From contig MFMN01000004.1 of NCBI GenBank assembly GCA_001783515.1, positions 1 to 60,381 on the forward strand: 60,381 bases of DNA, in the 5' to 3' direction. The DNA comes from Candidatus Kaiserbacteria bacterium RIFCSPLOWO2_12_FULL_50_10. GTDB lineage: Bacteria; Patescibacteriota; Minisyncoccia; Phycocordibacterales; UBA918. The position numbers were made by a program, and so were the translations under genes. Shown in pieces: positions 19,466 to 28,780 of this stretch. Position 1 is the stretch's first letter. Every line of letters begins with the position of its first letter. The notes under the pieces are model-generated. The model was given only the letters and a program-made list of their open reading frames with translations. It was not told the origin of the DNA and did not search any database.

Positions 19466-20503
19466 ATGTCCTCAATTCAAAAAGGCGGAAGCGCTGTTGA
19501 TATTAACAAGCGACGCATTATTAACGGCGCAGATGCCGACGTGATGCAGCTCTACCCGATGCGACACACCTTCGCATGGGATGCGTACCTTGCTGGCAAC
19601 GCGAACCATTGGCTGCCGACAGAAATTTCCATGCAGCTCGATATTGAGCAGTGGAAGTCAAAAACAGCGCTCACCGAAGATGAACGCAAGGCATTTGAAA
19701 CCGTGCTCGGCTTCTTTACCACGGCCGACTCTATCGCTGCAAACAACGTCGTGATGGGCTTCTATAAGCACACCACGTCGCCAGAATGTCGTATGTATAT
19801 GCTTCGCCAAGGATACGAAGAGGCAATCCACACCCATGCGTATCAGTACATTGTCGAGTCGCTCGGGATGGACGAATCTCGTATCTTCAACATGTACCGT
19901 GAGGTTGAAGCGATTTACAAAAAGGATGACTTCGTGCTCTCGTTCAACGAAGGTATTTTCGACCCCAACTTCAAAACAGGCACCTTCGAGAATGATCAAA
20001 AGTTTCTCGAAAACATCGTCGTCTTCTCGCTCATTATGGAAGGTATTTTCTTCTACTCATCGTTTGCGGTGATGTTTGGCTTCCAGCGTCTTGGCAAACT
20101 TACGGGTTCTGCTGAGCAGATTCAATACATCATGCGTGACGAATCACAGCACCTCAACTTCGGTATCAATTTGATAAACACGATTAAAAACGAACAGCCA
20201 GAGCTCTGGACTCCGGAGTTTCAGCAGCACTGTGTCGACCTTGTGAAGCGTGCGGTTGCCCTTGAATATGAATTCGCGACAACGGTTTTCCCGAAGGGCA
20301 TCTTCGGTATGAACGCCGACGGCTTCCGCGACTACATTCGCTATATCGCCGACAAGCGCCTTGGCATGATTGGACTTCCCGCACAGTACAATGTAGAAAA
20401 CCCATTCCCGTGGATGTCCGAAGCTATCGACCTCAACAAGGAAAAGAACTTCTTCGAAACAAGAGTCACCGAGTATAAAGTCGGCGGACAGCTTGAATGG
20501 TAG
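19466..20503 (+). CDS. nrdB: Ribonucleotide reductase class I beta subunit (R2)
   Basis: FFTTADS, EEAIHTHAY (radical Tyr present), MEGIFFYSSF, RDESQH, C-terminal NFFETRVTEY. Confidence 0.95.
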   Translation: MSSIQKGGSAVDINKRRIINGADADVMQLYPMRHTFAWDAYLAGNANHWLPTEISMQLDIEQWKSKTALTEDERKAFETVLGFFTTADSIAANNVVMGFYKHTTSPECRMYMLRQGYEEAIHTHAYQYIVESLGMDESRIFNMYREVEAIYKKDDFVLSFNEGIFDPNFKTGTFENDQKFLENIVVFSLIMEGIFFYSSFAVMFGFQRLGKLTGSAEQIQYIMRDESQHLNFGINLINTIKNEQPELWTPEFQQHCVDLVKRAVALEYEFATTVFPKGIFGMNADGFRDYIRYIADKRLGMIGLPAQYNVENPFPWMSEAIDLNKEKNFFETRVTEYKVGGQLEW

Positions 20504-20513
20504 AACAGTAGCT

Positions 20514-21371
20514 ATGAATATTTTTTCAGAGAAGCAAAAAGAAAATGGAGAGTTGACCGTTGCGGGCATGCTACCACCTGCGGAGCGTATTGTGTTTGAA
20601 AAACTTGCCGTCGGGCAGGATGCAGCTACGTTCTACCTATCCTCCTACTTTGATTGGCACAGGCTTCTTGCGCTGCAAAATGATGGGCAGTATCGTTTAT
20701 TGTTTTGGCGGATGCAGCCGAATGCGCACGAGGCAACCGATGTTCGTGTCTATACGGGTTCATACCACGCTATGCGTACGCCGCTTGGCGATGAAGGATT
20801 AAAGCTTGCGATAGGACTGCGCGGAGATTCTCTTGGAAGTGACGTTGACGACGAAGAGCTGATTCTGGTACGTAGCGGCGATGCAGAGCTCCTCCTTCGT
20901 GCGTCCGAACTGCATGATATTGCGGCAGATATTGCCGCAGAGGGCACCATGGGACGTAGCGAGTACTATTGGTATCGAGTATCGCCCTTTGACCTCTTTG
21001 TGCAAGAGCCACACGGCGGTCGTACCGCGATACCGTTTACAGACTTACCGCACGCCGTGCAGGATATGCTCTCGGCAAAGCCGCTGCTTGCAACTATCGT
21101 GAGTGTTGATGAACGGCTTACGGATGAAGATACTGTCATGTGCACCCTAGATATTGGTGAAGCAGAGGGGCTGCGCATGAACATGCCGCTCTACTCACCG
21201 CAAGGCAGCGGGAAGCACCTTAAAGGTTGGGTTTGGGAAATGACCCCGCACGCGTGTCGAGTTGGCATTGAGTATCACTGTGTCGCACCCCATTGTGTCG
21301 ACGAGGGCAATGTTGCAACCTTCCCAAGGGTTGGCGATACACTCACCTCGCTCGCTCCTTCTCCTGAATAA
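20514..21371 (+). CDS. Hypothetical protein (~285 aa)
   Basis: Long ORF filling the gap after nrdB; no recognised motif. Confidence 0.7.
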   Translation: MNIFSEKQKENGELTVAGMLPPAERIVFEKLAVGQDAATFYLSSYFDWHRLLALQNDGQYRLLFWRMQPNAHEATDVRVYTGSYHAMRTPLGDEGLKLAIGLRGDSLGSDVDDEELILVRSGDAELLLRASELHDIAADIAAEGTMGRSEYYWYRVSPFDLFVQEPHGGRTAIPFTDLPHAVQDMLSAKPLLATIVSVDERLTDEDTVMCTLDIGEAEGLRMNMPLYSPQGSGKHLKGWVWEMTPHACRVGIEYHCVAPHCVDEGNVATFPRVGDTLTSLAPSPE

Positions 21372-21458
21372 AATTTGGGGAGCATGATACAGAAACAAAA
21401 AGCGTTACCTTTGTGTCACGCTTTTTGTCTGATTCTTTACTTGGGGTAGAATAGCGGT

Positions 21459-21710
21459 ATGAAAAAATCTGTGCCAGCACATCGGGTTGCCCCGAAAGAT
21501 TTGAAGGCGGCGCTTGCTGCAGCACCTTCGGCGATGCGTGTGTGGGATACTATTACGCCGCTTGCAAAGAGCGAGTGGATTTGTTGGATTACTTCAGGTG
21601 CAAAAGCAGAGACACGAAGCATTCGTATCGAAAAGGGAATCGCAAAGCTCGAGAGTGGCATGCGTCGCCCATGCTGCTGGGCAGGCTGTCCACATCGAGG
21701 GGTCGCTTAA
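21459..21710 (+). CDS. YdeI/OmpD-associated family small protein
   Basis: P.DL..AL, W..ITPLAKSEWICWI, AETRSIRI, RRPCCWAGCPHR; TAGAAT-N6-ATG. Confidence 0.8.
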   Translation: MKKSVPAHRVAPKDLKAALAAAPSAMRVWDTITPLAKSEWICWITSGAKAETRSIRIEKGIAKLESGMRRPCCWAGCPHRGVA

Positions 21711-21751
21711 CTAAAAAACACCAGCATGTACGTTGGTGTTTTTTAGTTTCG

Positions 21752-23701
21752 TTAGCTTTTACGTTCCTCGACAAGTGCAAAGTCGAGCTGTTTGCCTTCG
21801 AGGTCGGCTTTGATGAGTTTGATTTTTACGGGGTCGCCGAGGCGGAATTTCTTGCCAGTGCGCTTGCCACGAATTTCGTACTTGCCGGGGACGTTTTCGA
21901 AGAAGTCGTTGCCGAGGGCATTGAGACGAATGAGGCCTTCCGCTTTTGATTCGTTGTCTTGTACGAAGAGTCCAAAGTCGGAAACGCCGGAGACTGAGCC
22001 GTTAAACTCTTGTCCGACGCGAGTTGTCATGTATTCAACTTGCTTGTACTTGATAGAGTCGCGTTCGATGCGGACAGCCTTCACTTCGCTTGCAGAGTTT
22101 TGCGTTGAAACTTTCTCGTAGTGTTCAATATCCTTTTTGCCGAGCTTCACGCCGTCAATGTGTGCACGGAGGAGGCGATGTACCATGAGGTCGGGGTAGC
22201 GGCGAATCGGCGAGGTGAAGTGTGTGTAGAATTTGAACGCGAGGCCGAAGTGGCCGATGTTGCTGGTTGAATAAATGGCTTTTGCCATGGAGCGGAGTGT
22301 GGCGATTTTAATCATTGCTTCCTCGGGCTTTCCTTCGATAGACGCAAGGAGCGCATTGATGTCCGTCGCTTTCACCATGCCCTTTTCGTGGTGGAGTTCG
22401 TAGCCGAGTGCTTTGAGGAAGGTAGCAAGCTCCTCGATACGTTCAACGTCTGGCGTGTCGTGGATGCGATACACGAAGACTGGTTCGTTGCCAGACTTCT
22501 TTGCAAGGTCGTTAATGTGCTTTGCAACCTGGGTGTTCGCAAGAAGCATGAAGTCTTCAATCATCATCATCGATTCGATGCGCGTTTTCACATACACGCG
22601 AACGGGACGTTTTTGTTCGTCGAGCTCGAAGCGGACTTCGTCGGTCTCAAAACCGATTGAGCCAGCAGCGAAGCGTGCCTTCCGCATGATGCGTGCAAGC
22701 TCGAAGAGCGCCGTGAGGTCTTCTACGTGGTCGCCCTGTTTTGTCTCGAATGCTTCCTGTGCCTCTTCGTAGCTGAAGCGGCGGTCGGAGTGAATGATGG
22801 TTTGCCCGTACCACTCGCCTACAATTTCAGCCTTCGGGGTCATTTCAAAGACGGCAGAAAACGCGAGGCGGTCTTCGTTCGGGCGGATTGAACAAAGGTC
22901 GTTCGAAAGCACCTCAGGAAGCATCGGGATAACGCGGTCAACCATATAGATAGACGTGCCGCGCTTTACGGCTTCTTTGTCGATGGCGCTGCCGGGCGTT
23001 ACATAGTGCGACACGTCTGCAATGTGGATGCCGATTTCGTAGTTACCGTTTTCGAGTTTGACAATCGAGAGCGCGTCGTCGAAGTCTTTAGCATCTTTTG
23101 GGTCGATGGTGAAGGTGAGGCGATCGCGCATGTCGCGGCGCTTTGGGTCTTTTTCTGCCTGGGCAAAAATTTCCTCTTTGCGCTTGTAAATGTCTTCGGA
23201 AGCGGCGGCTACTTCAGGAGGGAAGTCAGATGCGAAACCGCCCGCACGAATGAGTGCTTGCATTTCGGTTTCGTGTTCGCCATTTTTGCCGAGGACGTCG
23301 ATGATGGCGACTAACGGCTCCGTGTGGGCATCAACCCAGCGTACGAGCTTCACCGCAACTTTCATGCCAACTTGTTCGGGGGTCGCGTTTTCGATAACGG
23401 GATGCACGTGCATCATGTTGTTGTCGGCAATGAGTTTGAGTTTGCCTTCGAGGGAGTTCACGACACCGATGTATTCGGTGCGTCCGCGCTCTACGATACG
23501 AACGAGGTTTACTTCAGGTGCTTTTCCCGCAACTACAGGACGTCCAGAATGGACAACCTCAACCGTGTCGCCGTCAAGCGCAACGCCGGTCTCGCCGGGC
23601 GGAATCACCACGTCTTCTTTACCTTCTCCGAGACGCACAAAGCCAATGTTTTTCTTGCCGCGAATCTGCAGCGTGCCGATATAGGTCTCTTTTGTTTGCA
23701 T
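21752..23701 (-). CDS. rnr: Ribonuclease R
   Basis: TIDPKDAKDFDDA, HFTSPIRRYPDL, C-terminal S1 domain; TACAGT-N6-ATG start. Confidence 0.95.
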   Translation of the reverse strand: MQTKETYIGTLQIRGKKNIGFVRLGEGKEDVVIPPGETGVALDGDTVEVVHSGRPVVAGKAPEVNLVRIVERGRTEYIGVVNSLEGKLKLIADNNMMHVHPVIENATPEQVGMKVAVKLVRWVDAHTEPLVAIIDVLGKNGEHETEMQALIRAGGFASDFPPEVAAASEDIYKRKEEIFAQAEKDPKRRDMRDRLTFTIDPKDAKDFDDALSIVKLENGNYEIGIHIADVSHYVTPGSAIDKEAVKRGTSIYMVDRVIPMLPEVLSNDLCSIRPNEDRLAFSAVFEMTPKAEIVGEWYGQTIIHSDRRFSYEEAQEAFETKQGDHVEDLTALFELARIMRKARFAAGSIGFETDEVRFELDEQKRPVRVYVKTRIESMMMIEDFMLLANTQVAKHINDLAKKSGNEPVFVYRIHDTPDVERIEELATFLKALGYELHHEKGMVKATDINALLASIEGKPEEAMIKIATLRSMAKAIYSTSNIGHFGLAFKFYTHFTSPIRRYPDLMVHRLLRAHIDGVKLGKKDIEHYEKVSTQNSASEVKAVRIERDSIKYKQVEYMTTRVGQEFNGSVSGVSDFGLFVQDNESKAEGLIRLNALGNDFFENVPGKYEIRGKRTGKKFRLGDPVKIKLIKADLEGKQLDFALVEERKS

Positions 23702-23788
23702 AGCGCTACTGTAGCATAGAAATGGGTTACTTGAAATGCGCGGGCAGTTTTGTATACTGCGAGCATTACCCGTCATAAGTACAATACA

Positions 23789-24100
23789 ATGAAAAAAGAA
23801 CTAGGTATTATTCCGCTTGGCGACCGTGTGCTGCTGCGACCGTTTTCGGAAGGAGAGCTTTCGAACGCGTCGTCGCTGGGAATTATTCTTCCGCAGGACA
23901 GAGAAAAAGCACAGACAGGGCAAGGCGAAGTTATGGCAGTTGGCGCAGGGAAGATGCTTGAAAACGGCGAGAAGGTGGTGGTGCCCGTCAGTGTCGGCGA
24001 CCGCGTACTCTATAGTAAGTACAGTTACGAAGAAGTCTCCGCGAATGGTGTCGACTACCATATTCTTTCCGCAGACAATCTATTAGCAGTATTTAAATAA
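23789..24100 (+). CDS. groES: Co-chaperonin GroES
   Basis: PLGDRVL, GIILP, GEVMAVGAG, VGDRVLYSKY; upstream of groEL. Confidence 0.95.
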   Translation: MKKELGIIPLGDRVLLRPFSEGELSNASSLGIILPQDREKAQTGQGEVMAVGAGKMLENGEKVVVPVSVGDRVLYSKYSYEEVSANGVDYHILSADNLLAVFK

Positions 24101-24112
24101 GTTGCTCGAACG

Positions 24113-24245
24113 CCTGGATCCTTCCAGGATGACAAAAGTAACGGACTTTGATTAAGAGCGATGGGTAGTTAAAGCTGGCGTGGATTTAACTCATAATTAA
24201 TCAAAAACAAAGCCCGTCACTTTTGTCATTCAGAAGGAATCCAGG
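24113..24245. repeat. Family B composite element between groES and groEL
   Basis: CCTGGATCCTTCCAGGATGACAAAAGTAACGG ... CCGTCACTTTTGTCATTCAGAAGGAATCCAGG. Confidence 0.88.
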
Positions 24246-24275
24246 AGCCTGACACTTTATGTAATTTAAAACATT

Positions 24276-25913
24276 ATGGCAAAACAAATATTGTACGGAA
24301 CAGAAGCAAAGCAGCGACTCCAGCGCGGTATTGATGCGGTGGCAAACGCAGTGAAGGTGACCATTGGTCCGCGCGGACGCAATGTTATGCTCGATAAAGG
24401 GTACGGCGGACCGACGATTACAAACGACGGCGTGTCCATCGCGAAGGATATTACCTTGCGCGACAAGTTCGAAAACATGGGCGCAGAAATGATTAAGGAG
24501 GTTGCAAGTAAGGTGAACGACCTTGCTGGCGACGGCACCACGACGGCGACTATTTTGACGCAGGCACTCATTGCCGAAGGTCTCAAAGAAACCTCGTTCG
24601 GACGCTCGCCACTCGTGATTCGTCGCGGTATGGAAATCGCGCGCGATGACGTTATTGCTGCGCTCAAAAAAGCAGCGAAACCAATCCGTAATAGTGAAGA
24701 GATTGTACAAGTTGCAACCATCTCCGCAGAAAACGCAGCGCTCGGCGCAAAGATTGCGGAGACGATAGAAAAAGTTGGCAAGGACGGCGTCGTTACCGTG
24801 CAGGAATCGCAATCATTTGATATCGAAACCGAAATCACGGAAGGTATGCAGTTCGACAAAGGCTACGTGTCGCCGTACATGGTGACAAACCCTGAGCGCA
24901 TGGAGGCAGAATACAAAGACACGCCAATCCTCATTACCGACCAGAAAATCTCGGCACTCAAAGACATTTTGCCGCTTCTTGAAAAGATTGCGCAGAGTGG
25001 ACGTAAAGAACTTATTATTATTGCCGAAGACATTGAAGGCGAAGCGCTTACGACGTTTGTGCTTAATAAACTCCGTGGCGGTTTCTCCGTGCTCGGCATC
25101 AAAGCGCCGGGGTTTGGAGACCGAAAGAAGGACGTGCTCCATGACCTTGCGATTGTGACTGGTGCGACGGTGGTAAGTGCGGAAGTTGGACTTTCGCTCG
25201 AGCAGGTAGAGCTTGCGCACCTCGGACAAGCCTCGCGTGTTGTGTCGACAAAGGACACGACAACCATCGTCGACGGCAAAGGCACGAAGGCGGCAATCAA
25301 GGAACGTGTTGCCGCAATTCGCGCACAACTTGCGCAGGCTTCATCGAAGTATGATAAAGAAAAACTTGCAGAACGCCTTGCAAAACTTACGGGTGGCGTT
25401 GCGGTGATTCGTGTCGGTGCCGCAACAGAAGCGGAAATGAAATACTTGAAGCTCAAAGTAGAAGATGCGGTTGCAGCGACAAAGGCAGCGATTGATGAGG
25501 GTATTGTCTCAGGTGGCGGCACGTCGCTCGCCAAGGCGGCTGCTACCGCACGCAAAGCACTCACAAAGCGTGATGATATTTCTGAAGAAGAGCTCGTCGG
25601 CTACCACATTGTGCTTCGCGCGCTCGAAGCACCACTCCGACAGATTGCAGAAAACGCAGGCATGCTCGACGGTGCGGTGGTGCTTCGTGAAGTGCAAAAA
25701 CTAGGCGGCAATGCTGGCTACAACGCGCAGACCGGCGAAATCGTAGACGACATGATTGCTGCAGGCATCATTGACCCGGTAAAGGTTGAGCGTGCGGGCG
25801 TTGAGTACTCAGTCTCCGCCGCAGGTATTTTCCTCACCACCGAATGCGTGATAGCGGACGAGCCGGAAGAGAAACAAGAACAAGGAAACGCTGGTATGGG
25901 CGGCATGTACTAA
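24276..25913 (+). CDS. groEL: Chaperonin GroEL
   Basis: TITNDGVSIAK, AGDGTTTAT, KAPGFGDR, GMGGM tail. Confidence 0.98.
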   Translation: MAKQILYGTEAKQRLQRGIDAVANAVKVTIGPRGRNVMLDKGYGGPTITNDGVSIAKDITLRDKFENMGAEMIKEVASKVNDLAGDGTTTATILTQALIAEGLKETSFGRSPLVIRRGMEIARDDVIAALKKAAKPIRNSEEIVQVATISAENAALGAKIAETIEKVGKDGVVTVQESQSFDIETEITEGMQFDKGYVSPYMVTNPERMEAEYKDTPILITDQKISALKDILPLLEKIAQSGRKELIIIAEDIEGEALTTFVLNKLRGGFSVLGIKAPGFGDRKKDVLHDLAIVTGATVVSAEVGLSLEQVELAHLGQASRVVSTKDTTTIVDGKGTKAAIKERVAAIRAQLAQASSKYDKEKLAERLAKLTGGVAVIRVGAATEAEMKYLKLKVEDAVAATKAAIDEGIVSGGGTSLAKAAATARKALTKRDDISEEELVGYHIVLRALEAPLRQIAENAGMLDGAVVLREVQKLGGNAGYNAQTGEIVDDMIAAGIIDPVKVERAGVEYSVSAAGIFLTTECVIADEPEEKQEQGNAGMGGMY

Positions 25914-26076
25914 AGGTTCGATCTGCTCAAAAATAGGAAACAGAATGGCTGAGTGAATAATATCCGACCGTGCGTAAAAGAATATCGCCGAGGTGGCGAT
26001 ATTCTTTTACGCAGATCAGACATTAAAAAAGCGAGCGCGGGGCTCGCTTTTGTTTTGCGTTGCGGAGTACGCTTCG

Positions 26077-26403
26077 TCAGTGACAGACGACAGCTTCGCA
26101 TTTCGCCGCTTCGTGTTCTGCCTCGGCGATCCTCTCAAGCGTGGTGTAATCGCGCTTCATTTTGATGCCGGCGCAAACAAGCGTCGAGAGTGCACTCTCC
26201 ATGCTCACACAAGGGACGGACACAAATGCCTTGTTGTTTTTCCGGTCAACATGCGCGGACGCATGGTGGCGACGAGAAAGGGTATCGAGCGCTCTTGCAT
26301 GAAGGTTTTTTCCTTCGAGGATCACCACAAGGCGCGCATCGGGAGCGTGCCGCTCGCGAGGCGACAGGGGAATCAGTGCAATACCAGTTGTCGGGACGGT
26401 CAT
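26077..26403 (-). CDS. Hypothetical protein (108 aa)
   Basis: GGAGA RBS before ATG 26403, TTGACG promoter upstream, terminator at 26025-26051. Confidence 0.6.
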   Translation of the reverse strand: MTVPTTGIALIPLSPRERHAPDARLVVILEGKNLHARALDTLSRRHHASAHVDRKNNKAFVSVPCVSMESALSTLVCAGIKMKRDYTTLERIAEAEHEAAKCEAVVCH

Positions 26404-26527
26404 TCGCGTATCTCCAAAATAAAAGAGCAACCTCACATGAGGCTCATCTACAGTATCACGAAGAATTCCGGCGTCAAGTAAGTTCTTGCGTAACGGTACG
26501 CTCTATGGTATATATGTCAGCAACAGG

Positions 26528-26650
26528 CCAAAGACAGATGGTCCTATCTCGCACGAGTAGGGTAATTGCTTCGCGCATCCATCCGAGGTTGTATCTCGTA
26601 TTGTATTCTTACAAACAGGTACGCTCCTCTAATGGCGCGTGCCTGTTATT
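26528..26650 (+). ncRNA. Ribosomal protein L10 leader (autoregulatory cis element) with downstream hairpin
   Basis: CCAAAGACAGATGG...CCATCCGAGG matches the remembered L10-leader core; AACAGGTACGC/GCGTGCCTGTT hairpin; directly upstream of rplJ. Confidence 0.75.
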
Positions 26651-26668
26651 TATTACTAACAATCCAGT

Positions 26669-27160
26669 ATGGCAATTACCAAATCAAAAAAGGAAGCCAT
26701 TGTTGGAAAGTTTGGTGACGTTGCGAAAGAGGCACAGTCAATCGTATTTGTAAACTTCAACGGCCTCACGGTAGGTGAAGTGACAAAAATGCGTGCTGAC
26801 CTCCGCGCAAAGGGTGTGGGCTACTTCGTTTCGAAGAAGACTCTCATCGAGCGTTCGCTTACGCCTGCATACGAAGGAACCATGCCATCACTCGATGGTC
26901 AGGTAGCCGTCGCATGGAGCGCAGACCCGCTCGCTTCCGCACAGGAAGTCCTCGCGTTCACGAAGGAGTTTAAAGATAAGCTCTCAATCCTCGGCGGCGT
27001 TTTTGAAGGAAACTTCAAGAACAAGGCAGAGATGAGTGAGATTGCATCTATCCCACCACTCCAGACACTTCGTGGTATGTTCGTCAACGTTATCAACTCT
27101 CCAATTCAGGGGCTTGCTATTGCACTCGATGCGATCGCGAAAAAGAAAGAGACTGCATAG
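26669..27160 (+). CDS. rplJ: 50S ribosomal protein L10
   Basis: MAITKSKK, F.GLTV, V.KKTL; precedes rplL. Confidence 0.95.
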   Translation: MAITKSKKEAIVGKFGDVAKEAQSIVFVNFNGLTVGEVTKMRADLRAKGVGYFVSKKTLIERSLTPAYEGTMPSLDGQVAVAWSADPLASAQEVLAFTKEFKDKLSILGGVFEGNFKNKAEMSEIASIPPLQTLRGMFVNVINSPIQGLAIALDAIAKKKETA

Positions 27161-27190
27161 TCCTTTCGCCATTAATCAATTCATATATTT

Positions 27191-27598
27191 ATGTCAGAAG
27201 TAGAAAACACAGCAGCTGCAACAGAATTTGTTGTTCCTGCAGAGTTCAAGGACATCGTTGAGAAAATCGAAACGATGTCAGTACTCGACCTCCACAAGCT
27301 CGTGAAGGTATTCGAAGAAAAGTTCGGTGTATCAGCAGCAGCAACTGCAGTTGTTGCAGGTCCTGCAGCAGGTGCAGCTGAAGAGCAGTCAGAATTCGCG
27401 GTAGAACTTACCGACGCTGGCGCAACAAAGATTGCCGTTATTAAGGCAGTTAAGGAAGCTCTCGCACTTGGCCTCAAGGAAGCTAAGGACCTCGTTGACG
27501 CAGCACCGTCTGTTGTTAAGGAAGGTATGAAGAAGGCTGATGCTGAAGTGCTTAAGGCAGCTCTCGAAGCAGCAGGCGCTAAGGTCACCCTTAAATAA
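27191..27598 (+). CDS. rplL: 50S ribosomal protein L7/L12
   Basis: [30 protein letters not shown]. Confidence 0.97.
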   Translation: MSEVENTAAATEFVVPAEFKDIVEKIETMSVLDLHKLVKVFEEKFGVSAAATAVVAGPAAGAAEEQSEFAVELTDAGATKIAVIKAVKEALALGLKEAKDLVDAAPSVVKEGMKKADAEVLKAALEAAGAKVTLK

Positions 27599-27604
27599 TT
27601 CACT

Positions 27605-27731
27605 CGGATTCTTCCAAAATGAGCGAATTTGCATTGGCTTCACAGATGTTTCGTCCTCACCGTACTTGGGTACGGCTCCGGCGAAAATCTGCTCCAGCCA
27701 ACGCAACTTCATCTCATTTAGAAAGAATCCG
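27605..27731. repeat. Family A long hairpin repeat, copy 3 (127 nt, best preserved)
   Basis: CGGATTCTTCCAAAATGAG...CTCATTTAGAAAGAATCCG; starts 6 nt after the rplL stop. Confidence 0.92.
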
Positions 27732-27841
27732 CATTGCTCAAAATTGAGTAGAGAAAAATCGCAGCACCTCGGTGGTGCGATTTTTTTGTTTTCATGAATT
27801 ATTCTCCTACCTTTAAAGAAATCCGCAAACCTCATGATGTG

Positions 27842-27908
27842 GTCACCCTCGGAATGTTGAAAGTAAACGAAGCGTGAGCGGAGTATTACTTTCACATATC
27901 CGGGGAGT
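27842..27908. repeat. Family C REP-like hairpin, degenerate left partner
   Basis: GTCACCCTCGGA-ATGTTGAAAGTAA...TTACTTTCACAT-ATCCGGGG. Confidence 0.7.
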
Positions 27909-27930
27909 AAGGTGACGAGCAATGTTCTTA

Positions 27931-28003
27931 AGCCTGGATCCCCGGGTTCTTAGAAAATATACTACGCTATCGCTCTGTTATTTTCTTAAGCCCCGAGGAT
28001 GAC
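27931..28003. repeat. Family C REP-like hairpin
   Basis: GCCTGGATCCCGGGTTCTTAGAAAATA...TATTTTCTTAAGCCCCGAGGATGAC. Confidence 0.85.
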
Positions 28004-28048
28004 AATCGGGGGTACTCACTAATAACTAACTTGTGCTATACTCGTGCC

Positions 28049-28726
28049 ATGTTTCTTTCAGACACTGTGGTGGTAGATATTGTGCCGGCGATTATTCCGA
28101 CAAGTAGCGAAGACCTTCAAGGCAAACTTTCGTGTGCGAGTGCATTTGCAAGCGACGTACAGATCGACATTGTCGACGGCGTCTATGCAAAGCCGGCTTC
28201 GTGGCCGTTTGCAGAGAACTCACTCGGAGAACTCGCAGGCTTTCAGCGCCCAGCACTCAATGTCGAGCTTGATCTCATGATCAAAAACCCGCTCGAGCAT
28301 CTCGATGCGCTCATGGCATTAAAGCCGACGCGCGTGGTGGTACACATTGAGTCAATCGACGACCTCGATGCCATTATCGCGCACAGCAAGACGCACGACT
28401 ACATCCTCGGCATCGGCGTCAGTCTCGATACGCCCATTAAGTACATCGAAACGCTCGATGCCTCAGACATTGGCTATTTCCAAATTATGGGCATTGCAAC
28501 GATTGGCTCACAAGGGCAGCCATTCGATGAGCGTGTGCTCACCAAAATTCGCGAAGTGCAAGGATGCTGCGCGGAACACCCCGTCTCCATAGATGGTGCC
28601 GTGAACAAAGAAACATTGCCGCGACTCTACACCGCGGGCGCATCACGCTTTGTGGTCGGCTCAGCTATCTGGAATGCCGAGAATCCAGCCGCTGCGTACG
28701 AAGCGCTCAAGACTATCACCATATAA
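28049..28726 (+). CDS. rpe: Ribulose-phosphate 3-epimerase family protein
   Basis: IVPAII, QIDIVDG, LDLMI, VVVHIE, GSQGQPF, IDGAVN, VVGSAI; TATACT-N6-ATG. Confidence 0.85.
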   Translation: MFLSDTVVVDIVPAIIPTSSEDLQGKLSCASAFASDVQIDIVDGVYAKPASWPFAENSLGELAGFQRPALNVELDLMIKNPLEHLDALMALKPTRVVVHIESIDDLDAIIAHSKTHDYILGIGVSLDTPIKYIETLDASDIGYFQIMGIATIGSQGQPFDERVLTKIREVQGCCAEHPVSIDGAVNKETLPRLYTAGASRFVVGSAIWNAENPAAAYEALKTITI

Positions 28727-28780
28727 ACACCACTTCCGCAAGACACGCGAAGTGGTGTTTTGTCATATACTTGCATGCGT

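Noticed and set aside
19466..20503. Class Ic (Mn/Fe) or metal-free R2
   Set aside because: The first ligand is Asp (ADS), the radical Tyr is present (HTHAY) and both ExxH motifs are intact.
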